Shown here one piece after another: positions 27,442 through 36,000 of a stretch of 52,709 bases of DNA. Position numbers and translations under genes: made by a program. The notes under the pieces were generated by a model, which did no database searches, was not told the DNA's origin, and saw only the letters and a program-made list of their open reading frames with translations. Within the stretch, counting starts at the first letter, position 1. The number at the start of each line of letters is the position of its first letter. Source of the stretch: Chloroflexota bacterium (GTDB lineage Bacteria > Chloroflexota > Dehalococcoidia > Lucifugimonadales > UBA2985); NCBI GenBank assembly GCA_027622595.1, contig JAQBZZ010000006.1, forward strand, positions 1 through 52,709. Reading direction: 5' to 3'.

Positions 27442-28869
27442 TTGCGACAGGTGTGGCGTCCCAGACCGGGCGATAGGGTAGTAAGGCACCCCCGCGAGGA
27501 AGAGATCCGGCCGCTTCATATTACGGCGGCTCCGCCGCGAGTTCCTCCCAAGAACTTCGGTTCCCCTTACATGCTGATGGGAGGATTTGCCTTCCTCATC
27601 GGTGTGGGGACACTACTCTTGCTCCTGCCCTTCACCAATACTCAGGGAGGCATTACCCCCTTTTCCGATGCCTTCTTCACCGCCGCGTCCGCCGTTACTG
27701 TCACCGGGTTAGTGGTGGTGGACACTCCAACATACTGGAGCTTCTCCGGGCAGCTCGTAATCATGGTCCTCATATTCACCGGGGGATTGGGAATCATGAC
27801 CAGCGCCACCTTCCTCCTTGTCATCATAGGTCAACGCATAACTCTGGCTAACCGTCTGCTGATGAGGGAGAGTCTGGGGGTCAATCAGCTCGGCGGCCTG
27901 ATAAGGCTCACCCTGCGAATCGTCTTCGTCGTGGTGGCCATACAGATAGTGGGCTTTCTTGTTCTGTTTGCGAGGCTGGTCTATGAATACCCACTTGGGA
28001 CGGCCCTGTGGCAGGCTGGATTCCACGCCGTTTCGGCCTTCAATAACGCAGGGTTCGTCATACTCCCGGATTCCCAGAGCCTGAGCGCTTTCCAACAGGA
28101 CTACGCTCTCCTGATTCCGCTTATTCTCCTCATCGTATTGGGGGGGTTGAGCTACAGCGTGATGCTGGATGTATTCGGGTATCGTAGGTTCAACCGGTAT
28201 ATGCTGGACACAAAGCTGGTTGTCGTCGTAACCACAGCGTTGCTTCTTTTGGGAACCGGGGTTATTTTCATTGCGGAATATGCCAATCCAGCTACATTTG
28301 GTTCCCTGCCTGTTTGGACTAAAATACTGGACTCGTTTCTCCTATCCGCTAGCGGCAGGACCGCCGGGTTCACCACGGTGGACTTCGGGGATATGGAGCA
28401 GCACAGCAACTTCTTCCTCACCGGGATGATGTTTATTGGAGGGGCGTCTGCTTCAACCGCCGGAGGCATCAAGGTGAATACCTTTGCCGTACTGCTGGCT
28501 GCGGTACTGTCCTCCATCGGCGGGAAGACCCACGTAACGGCCTTCGGCAGGGAAATACCCCAGACGCAGGTCTATCGTGCTCTGACGGTGCTAATGCTGG
28601 GGATGGCAACAGTATTCGCAGTGGCTTTATTTCTGACCGTTAGCGAGGGTTTCCCGTTTATCCAGATACTGTTTGAGACCATATCTGCCTTCGCCACTGT
28701 CGGACTCTCCACAGGAATTACCGACGAACTATCGCAGATGGGGCGGCTAATCATAATCCTTACCATGTACTTTGGGAGAATAGGGCCAATTACACTGGCG
28801 CTGATTCTGGCACAGCGAGAGGAAGCTGTGCCCTATCGGTATGCTGAAGAAAGGGTTAAAATAGGTTGA
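27442..28869 (+). CDS. ktrB: Trk/Ktr K+ uptake membrane subunit
   Basis: Four pore-loop motifs SAVTVTGL, SAFNNAGF, RTAGF and SAFATVGLSTG, plus STAGGIK and GRIGP. Confidence 0.92.
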   Translation: MRQVWRPRPGDRVVRHPREEEIRPLHITAAPPRVPPKNFGSPYMLMGGFAFLIGVGTLLLLLPFTNTQGGITPFSDAFFTAASAVTVTGLVVVDTPTYWSFSGQLVIMVLIFTGGLGIMTSATFLLVIIGQRITLANRLLMRESLGVNQLGGLIRLTLRIVFVVVAIQIVGFLVLFARLVYEYPLGTALWQAGFHAVSAFNNAGFVILPDSQSLSAFQQDYALLIPLILLIVLGGLSYSVMLDVFGYRRFNRYMLDTKLVVVVTTALLLLGTGVIFIAEYANPATFGSLPVWTKILDSFLLSASGRTAGFTTVDFGDMEQHSNFFLTGMMFIGGASASTAGGIKVNTFAVLLAAVLSSIGGKTHVTAFGREIPQTQVYRALTVLMLGMATVFAVALFLTVSEGFPFIQILFETISAFATVGLSTGITDELSQMGRLIIILTMYFGRIGPITLALILAQREEAVPYRYAEERVKIG

Positions 28870-28875
28870 GGTGAA

Positions 28876-29565
28876 ATGGCCAAGTCAGTGATGGTAATAG
28901 GTCTCGGCAGGTTCGGGACAAGCGTCGCACACACCCTTTTCCAGTTGGGATATGATGTGCTTGGCATTGACACCGACGAGAGGGTGGTACAGGCCAACCT
29001 GGGACAGTTAACCTACAGCGTTCAGGGAGATGCGACCAACGAGACGACCCTGAGAGAGCTTGGCGTAACCAACTTCGATGCGGCCATAGTGGCGGTTGGC
29101 TCCGACATGCAGTCCAGCCTCATGACCTCGGTCCTCCTGGCTACCCTGGATGTGCCTCTCATCATCGCTCGGGCCGAGAATCCGCTTCACGGCAATACCC
29201 TTCAGAGGATAGGGGTGCATAAGATAATCTACCCTGAACAGGAGATGGGGGAGTTTTTAGCTCACAGCCTGTTCAATCCGGATGTACTGGAGTATATGGA
29301 CCTGACACCCGATTTCGGTATAAGCAAGATAAAGGTGCCGGACTCTCTTGCTGACAAGAGCCTCAAGGATGCGGGACTGGGTGGAGGTGCCAGGGACAAG
29401 TATGGCGTGGCGGTCATTGCAATAAAACGAGGTAAAGATGTGACCCTGGCCCCAGATGAGGATGATATCCTTCATAAGGGAGATATCCTGGTGGTGGCTG
29501 CTAAGGACGAACAGCTGGAAAGATTACATCCGCGTCAGCAGGAGTTGGGTCATGAAGGTACCTAG
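28876..29565 (+). CDS. ktrA: Trk/Ktr K+ uptake NAD-binding RCK subunit
   Basis: VIGLGRFG, GDAT, PEQEMG and a TrkA-C domain; follows ktrB. Confidence 0.9.
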   Translation: MAKSVMVIGLGRFGTSVAHTLFQLGYDVLGIDTDERVVQANLGQLTYSVQGDATNETTLRELGVTNFDAAIVAVGSDMQSSLMTSVLLATLDVPLIIARAENPLHGNTLQRIGVHKIIYPEQEMGEFLAHSLFNPDVLEYMDLTPDFGISKIKVPDSLADKSLKDAGLGGGARDKYGVAVIAIKRGKDVTLAPDEDDILHKGDILVVAAKDEQLERLHPRQQELGHEGT

Positions 29566-29746
29566 CAGGCTGCGGAAAAACTCTGGGGCCAGATTGACGC
29601 CCTTCTTTGATCGGCGAAAGGCGTCACAGTCTAAGATGGATGTGAGAGTTAACATGAATCTCCCGGGTCTTCTACAACGTATATCGCCGGGTCAGCCAGA
29701 CCAATTCCGCTGCCATTTGCCAGGGACCCCCTTTATCCGCAGCCTG
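29566..29746. mobile_element. Non-autonomous MITE (181 bp) with 15-bp terminal inverted repeats (TIRs), flanked by CTAG
   Basis: CTAG|CAGGCTGCGGAAAAA ... TTTATCCGCAGCCTG|CTAG; the TIRs match at 14 of 15 positions and there is no internal transposase. Confidence 0.75.
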
Positions 29747-29827
29747 CTAGGGCTGTGCTAGAAGCCGGCATGCCATCATGACGAGAGAAAAGAACACCAA
29801 ACTGCTCCAATTTACGGTTCTCAATGC

Positions 29828-29856
29828 TTGATGTGTATGAAACCGCTCCCTATAAT
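29828..29856 (+). promoter_or_regulatory. Promoter for usp-trkA-trkA-pheA
   Basis: TTGATG-17 nt-TATAAT. Confidence 0.55.
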
Positions 29857-29913
29857 TTGGCACTAACGTTGAGTGAAGATGCCCCTGAAGGGCAGCATGG
29901 AGCAAGGCAAGAT

Positions 29914-30369
29914 ATGCCTGTAGAAAAGATACTGGTGCCGGTGCATGATAATGGTTGTGACGACGAAGCATTGCGTCTGGCGGGTGAGATAGCCAGGGTT
30001 AACAAGGCAACAGTACACGCTCTGTACGTAATTGAGGTCAAGAGAGACCTGCCACTGGACGCAGAGATAGCACAGGAAACGTCCAAGGCGGAGAAGGTGC
30101 TTCATCACCTTGAGCAGTTGGGTAAGGAATTGAAGTGCTCTGTGGAGGCTACGCTCCTTCAGGCCAGGGATGTAGGGCCGGCCGTGGTCCAAGAGGCGGT
30201 GGAAAGAGGATCGGAACTCATAGTGATGCAGATGCCGTACAAGAAACGCTTCGGCTCATTTACCCTTGGAGATACGATTCCATACATCCTGAAGAATGCT
30301 CCGTGTCAGGTAATTCTCTGTAGGGATGCTATGACCCCTGATATCAAAAATGGTTCAACTCACGCCTAA
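29914..30369 (+). CDS. Universal stress protein (UspA family)
   Basis: KILVPV, VHALYVIEV, AVVQEA....ELIVM and LGDTIPYILKNAPCQV. Confidence 0.88.
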   Translation: MPVEKILVPVHDNGCDDEALRLAGEIARVNKATVHALYVIEVKRDLPLDAEIAQETSKAEKVLHHLEQLGKELKCSVEATLLQARDVGPAVVQEAVERGSELIVMQMPYKKRFGSFTLGDTIPYILKNAPCQVILCRDAMTPDIKNGSTHA

Positions 30370-30378
30370 CTACGAATC

Positions 30379-30777
30379 ATGAGAGTCCTGGTGATGGGTT
30401 GCGGCAGAGTTGGGTCCACGATAGCCACGGCTCTGTGGAAAGAAGGCCACCAAGTAGTTGTCCTCGATGCCAACCCTGAGAGTTTGCGCCGTTTGCCGAC
30501 AGAGCTTCAGAAGGAAGCAATCGTGGGAGACGGCACCCTGGAGGAGCACCTGAGAAATGGAGGTATCGAGAACACGGATGCCTTTGTCGCTGTTTCGACC
30601 GGGGACACCGCCAACATCCTGGCTGGACAAATGGCCAAACACGTATTTCAGGTACCGAAAGTGGTCTGCCGGATAGACGATACAGCCCGTTATGAGATTT
30701 ATACGGAGTTGGGTCTGACAGCCGTGAGTTCGACACAGATGGTCTCCGACCTGATTTCACAGGCGGTATATAGCTAG
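30379..30777 (+). CDS. Stand-alone TrkA-N (RCK-N) protein
   Basis: VMGCGRVG, GDGT and DAFVAVSTGDTANI; only 132 aa, with no TrkA-C. Confidence 0.88.
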   Translation: MRVLVMGCGRVGSTIATALWKEGHQVVVLDANPESLRRLPTELQKEAIVGDGTLEEHLRNGGIENTDAFVAVSTGDTANILAGQMAKHVFQVPKVVCRIDDTARYEIYTELGLTAVSSTQMVSDLISQAVYS

Positions 30778-30782
30778 AGACC

Positions 30783-31448
30783 ATGTATATAATCGTAGTA
30801 GGCGCAGGCAAAATGGGTTACCATCTCGCCAAAGCCCTTTTGAAAAGCGAGCACGAGGTCTTCATCATCGAGCGTTCCTCTCTTAAGAGCGAGACTATCA
30901 GAGAGGAATTGGGAAGCTTGGTTATTGTGGGCGATGGCTGTGAAGAGGCTGTATTGAAGGAGGCAGGCACGTCCAGGGCCGACGTATTCATAGCGGCCAC
31001 TGGGGCCGATGAAGACAACCTGGTAGCTTGCCAAATAGCCAAGCACCGCTTCCAAGTGCCCAGAACTATTTCCATCATCAACAACCCGAACAATGAAAAA
31101 CTGTTCGTAGAGTTGGGCATCGATGTATGTGTGAGCAGCACTGACATCATACTGTCACACATAGAAGAGGAACTCCCTGCACATTCACTGATACACTTCA
31201 TGGCTATCAGGGGGTCCAACCGGGAAGTCGTTGGTATTCGCATACCACCGGACGCGGCGGTAGTAGGCCGGGTTCTAGGGGATGTGCCCATACCTGAAGA
31301 CAGCTTAATCTCCTTCATATTGAAAAAGGACGGTACGCTCATGGTGCCCGACAGTGAGGCTGTTCTTGGCTCCGGGGATGAAGTAGTGGCAATAACCACT
31401 GCGGATGGCGAAGAAGCTTTGCGGGAGGCCCTGACGGGGGCAGCGTAG
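30783..31448 (+). CDS. TrkA-family RCK protein (TrkA-N plus TrkA-C)
   Basis: VVGAGKMG, GDGCE and AATGADEDNLVACQ, plus a C-terminal TrkA-C domain. Confidence 0.9.
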   Translation: MYIIVVGAGKMGYHLAKALLKSEHEVFIIERSSLKSETIREELGSLVIVGDGCEEAVLKEAGTSRADVFIAATGADEDNLVACQIAKHRFQVPRTISIINNPNNEKLFVELGIDVCVSSTDIILSHIEEELPAHSLIHFMAIRGSNREVVGIRIPPDAAVVGRVLGDVPIPEDSLISFILKKDGTLMVPDSEAVLGSGDEVVAITTADGEEALREALTGAA

Positions 31449-31452
31449 TGGC

Positions 31453-32283
31453 ATGGTGAAACAGATAGCCTATTTGGGCCCGGCAGGGACTTATACCGAG
31501 GCAGCAGCCCTGCAATACGACCCACAGGCCAAACTTCTACCATTTCCCTCAATTGCTGCCGTGGTGGCAGCGGTGGACTCAAGAATGACGGAAGAGGGTG
31601 TGGTCCCCATAGAAAATAGCCTTGAGGGATCGGTTACAGATACCCTTGACTTGCTGATCCACGATTCAAATCTGTCCATCCTCAACGAGATGGTGATACC
31701 AATTGAACACTGTCTCCTGGTTAAGCCAGGCGGTTCGGCTCAAGAGATAAAATTGGTATACTCCCATCCTCAGGCTCTGGCGCAGTGCCGCCGCTTTATC
31801 GAGAGACATTTTCCCGCAGCTCAGGCTGTGGCTGCCTTAAGCACAGCGGCCGCAGTTGAGGATATGCTGGGGAGTCAGTCTCCGGCGGCGGCCATCGCCA
31901 CCAGCAGGGCGGCTGAGATATATGGAGCAGAGATACTATCGCGGGGAATCCAAGACAGCCTTGCCAATCACACCCGTTTTGTGGTCCTTGCACAGCATGA
32001 TCATGCTCCCACCGGGCGAGACAAGACCTCCCTGTGTTTCTCATTCAATGATGATCGTTCAGGTATGCTCTACTCAGCGATGGGCCATTTTGCGACCAGG
32101 AACATCAACCTGGCGAAGGTGGAGTCACGCCCTAACAAAGAGAGCCTGGGACGTTATATCTTCCTGATTGACCTGGATGGTCACAGAGAGGATGCTTCGG
32201 TGCAGGAGGCCCTCAGCAGCCTGGAAGCGGAGGTCTCCATGATGAAGGTCTTCGGTTCATATCCCCGCTACCAGAACTCTTAG
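31453..32283 (+). CDS. pheA: Prephenate dehydratase
   Basis: AYLGPAGTYTE, VPIENS.EG.V, SHPQALAQC, TRF and the ACT motif ESRP. Confidence 0.95.
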   Translation: MVKQIAYLGPAGTYTEAAALQYDPQAKLLPFPSIAAVVAAVDSRMTEEGVVPIENSLEGSVTDTLDLLIHDSNLSILNEMVIPIEHCLLVKPGGSAQEIKLVYSHPQALAQCRRFIERHFPAAQAVAALSTAAAVEDMLGSQSPAAAIATSRAAEIYGAEILSRGIQDSLANHTRFVVLAQHDHAPTGRDKTSLCFSFNDDRSGMLYSAMGHFATRNINLAKVESRPNKESLGRYIFLIDLDGHREDASVQEALSSLEAEVSMMKVFGSYPRYQNS

Positions 32284-32303
32284 GTCAGCGCTTCCTTGTG
32301 GAA

Positions 32304-32333
32304 CCCCTCGCTCTTCCATACGGGATGCGAGGG
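32304..32333. terminator. Hairpin between convergent pheA and the ytxH-like gene
   Basis: CCCTCGC...GCGAGGG inverted repeat. Confidence 0.45.
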
Positions 32334-32399
32334 GCTCTACGTCTTTCTCAAAAGGGGCCAGAGTCCAGGCAACTCCCCACCGGTTGGACTAACAGTGGC

Positions 32400-32696
32400 T
32401 TAGATAGACGGCTCTTCCAGATTGTCTGAGGAGGGCTCCTCTGGACTGGTGACTTCCCTCTCTCCTCTCATCCGGCTGGCGACCACCTTTCCCTCTTCGA
32501 TGACTTCACGCACGCGTTCCCTGGCTGCCGCCCTCAACTCCTCAGCCTTCTGCCTTAGCCCTGCGGTCCTCCCCATGAACTGAGTTCGGGTCTCTTCTCC
32601 AGGCCCGGGAGCCAGGATGAGTCCTGCCAGTGCTCCTATAACGCCTCCAAGGATCAGACCTATGCCAAATCCCGGTCCTCTTTCTTCACTCGCCAT
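32400..32696 (-). CDS. YtxH-domain protein
   Basis: FGIGLILGGVIGALAGLILAP.PGEETR motif. Confidence 0.85.
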   Translation of the reverse strand: MASEERGPGFGIGLILGGVIGALAGLILAPGPGEETRTQFMGRTAGLRQKAEELRAAARERVREVIEEGKVVASRMRGEREVTSPEEPSSDNLEEPSI

Positions 32697-32994
32697 CTTT
32701 CTTTCCTCCTTTACCTCTACCTCGTGAAAGCCCTAGAAGAAAGGCCACCACTCGCCCCGCTGTAAACGTTTTGGTGGAAGCGCTGATCAGGGGCTTTACC
32801 ACCTTCTCCGACAGTTGAGAGGTTACTTCCTGAGCGTTCTTTAGAGTTGCCTTTGCCGAATCCAGGGTGGGTGCCACTTTGCGGTATAGCGAAAGGCCCA
32901 CGACTGTGGCTATCAGCATTGCCAGGACACCGACCATAGCAAAGAGGACTATGGTCAGGTCCCTGATAACGGCTACCAGTTCCGCTCCACTCAT
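32686..32994 (-). CDS. Small membrane protein, YtxG/DUF948-like
   Basis: N-terminal TM plus an amphipathic helix; overlaps the ytxH-like gene as in ytxGH pairs. Confidence 0.65.
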   Translation of the reverse strand: MSGAELVAVIRDLTIVLFAMVGVLAMLIATVVGLSLYRKVAPTLDSAKATLKNAQEVTSQLSEKVVKPLISASTKTFTAGRVVAFLLGLSRGRGKGGKKDGE

Positions 32995-33088
32995 CCCTTC
33001 TTCTCCTTGTTTTGCATTCCACCCTCCAAATGCGCTTGCAACCCCAACTCATATAGTATCACAGGCCATTGCCACTCTCAAAGCACGG

Positions 33089-36000
33089 CTAGTCTGAGAG
33101 CACTTGATATATCCGCACTTCCGGATTGGCGTACACGAGTTCCAAGTTGCTGTCTAGCATGCGCTCGAATTTTTCCAGGCCTTGCGCGGGGTAGTAGTGG
33201 CTCTCGATTTCTCCCACGTATATGTACTCCACCTGGTACTTGTCAAAAAGCACGAGAGCCTCCTCTCCGCTGGTGGTGGAGTACATGCGACGGACGTCTT
33301 CAACACGCTCTCCGATTATGGGGCCGTAGCCGCGCTGCTGAGACTGATGGTTATCCCAGCCAAGCACAGTTGGCAGACCGGTATATATGGATATCCGTCC
33401 ATGCAGGCTTCTGTATAGCTCCCCCTGTCCTTCCAGTATTACAGGAGAGCCTGCGACGTTACCTCGCAACCACTTAATCGCCTCGTAGTCCCAGGCAAGC
33501 TCCTCTCGACCACGGCCGCGATCGAAGGTGTACTGCGCGTCAGCCATGTAGGCAAGGCCGTTCAAGGTGAGGGGCAGTACCTGGAACCGGTCCCTCAAGC
33601 GGGCCTGCGTCCCAGCCACGGTATATATCGAACTGCTCAGCAACAGAGCCAAAAACAATACAATCCACGTCCCCCTGAGCATTCTGGCAGCCAGGTTCGG
33701 GGATGCCATTTTCCAAAAAACCAGGCCAAAATCCATGCGCCACAGGAGATAAGCGCTCACAACTCCCAGAAGCACCCACGCCTGAAGGTAGAACTTGAAC
33801 ACGGTGTTCATGCGGGCTATGTCTCCCTTTATGGTGACGATCTCCACGCCCGCGCCAAGGGCCAGTGCCATCCCAAGGAGCATCATGACAAAGAGTCCGT
33901 AAGGCAGTTCCGTTTGGGATGAGAGCCAGTGCCATGCCAACGTGGCGGTCGGTAGGATAAGCAAGGCTATGAAGGCCACAGTGGTATACCCGCTTACAGC
34001 GAAGGTAATCAACGAGGCTAGAGGCAGTCCTATGAGCAGCACGAGTCTCAGCGCCTTCCAGGAGTCCTCGGATTCTCGTGTGATCCCACCGCCACTACCG
34101 CCAGGGAGACCGATTATTGCTGAGAGAAAGCCGCGGGCCTTGTACAGGAGGAACGTAAACACTACGAAGACGAACAGGCCGTGAATGCCCAGGTAGGCGT
34201 AAAGTGGCGTTTGCCACTTGCTGGAGAACACGCCGTCGGAAAAGGACTGGTTGGTGTCTATAAAGGGAGCGAAAAGCGTGGTCGTAGCCAGGTACAGGAA
34301 CGCACCCTGGATGGCAGTCCGCAGCAGCAGCGATAGGTTGATACGGCGGGAGTGGGCATACTCTCCGATGAGTATCGCCGTCACTCCTATGACTATATAA
34401 GTGGGAAAGTCCCATGTATTGATGGCCCTTAGAGAACCCACAGCCAGGGCCAGGGCCAGGATGAGGAACACCCTGGAGGCCAGGCCAAGGCCATACTTGA
34501 AGCGTAGTGCTACGTTCAGAGCCATACCAAGAGACAGAAGTGTGAATGGAATAGCCATAAGATGGGCATGCAGGTCCGCGAAGAGGAAGGTGAAGAAGGG
34601 GAACTCGGTAATCTCGTAGCCCCGGGGGTCGCCGGGAGGTATCATCCGGCTGCTTCGCCAGAAGTCGAATGTGCCGAAGGGCTGATTATCGCCCCACACC
34701 CTGGCCAGGCCCTGGCCCACCTGAACAATACCGTCCAGGTTTCCCATGAGCGCCACGAAAAAGATGGCAGCCAGTCCTGCCAGCACCGGCGATGCTCTGA
34801 TGCCGTCCGCGCCCCTGCTACGGCGTGTGCCCTCTGCCAGGTTGTACACCAAGGAAAAAATCCCCACCGTAGTGAGGGCGAAGAACAGGGGGATAGCCAG
34901 ATTGAAAGCGATCTCCGGCAGTATGCCCGTAACCTTGATGAGGCTGGCCACGATGAACTGGCCGAAGTAGTAGTAGTTTATGTATCCGCCCGCAAACCAG
35001 GGGTCGTAGGGAGGCATGTACGTGGAACGCACAACGGCGGTGAGGTAGGCCATCTCCATCGGTTTCTCGCCCCCGTTGTATGGATGCCACAGATCGGGGT
35101 TGGCAGCCCGTAACAGCAGGAACAGGAGGAACGAGCCCATAAAGATGGACTCTCCTATTATCACCAGACGGAGGTTATCCCTGAAGAAGGCGGATACGTC
35201 CACACGGCGGGTGTAGACGACTAGCAGGGAAGCGGTTGCCACCAGCAGCGCCCCCAGGAGAACGGAGTTCCGCGAGAATGGCATCCACTGGAGGCTTGCG
35301 AAGAGCCAAGCCAGGTAGGCCGCGAGGAGAATGCTCAATGGTTTGGCCAACAGGTATCCACGGTCAGGGAGGGCCTTGAAGAGGAAGAGGCTGAGCGGCA
35401 GACCCAGCAGCGCCAGTCCCTGTATCCATATTATCCATATGGCCGCTGAGAAGCGATTAGAGAGATTCTGTGGGTCAAATATAGCAGTCCATGTCCCGCC
35501 CTGACGCTGGGCCTCCAGGTCTGCCTCCGACAATAACAGCGTCTTGCCGTCGGCGTCGGTTGGTGTCTCCTCCAGCAGGCGGCTCAACGTCTCCGATGCG
35601 CTCAGGCGCTCCTGGTTCTTGAATATGAGCACCTTGGGATGGTCGTATACGCTGAAGCTTTCGTCGGCATAGCCCAGGTTTATGGTGAATGAGGCCGGGC
35701 GGTATGGTCCAAGGGCTGCTGGGGTTGGCAAGTCTGGGCGGGCAAATGTGTCGTCCACAAAAGTGACTCCCATGAACTCCGGGTATGTGGCCTCCCAGTG
35801 CTCCAGCCTGTAGCCCAACTCTTCGCCGAAGAGCTTGCGATAGTATTCGCCGCTCTCGGGGTATCGCTCGGGCACACGCGGGATGCTCCCGTAGAGCCGG
35901 TTGCTGAAGAAGACCAGGTAGTCGGCCCCGGAGAGTTGATCGGCCACCCGGGTAATCTTGGTAATCTTGGCCTGGCCGTCACTGTAGGTCACGCTGTCGG

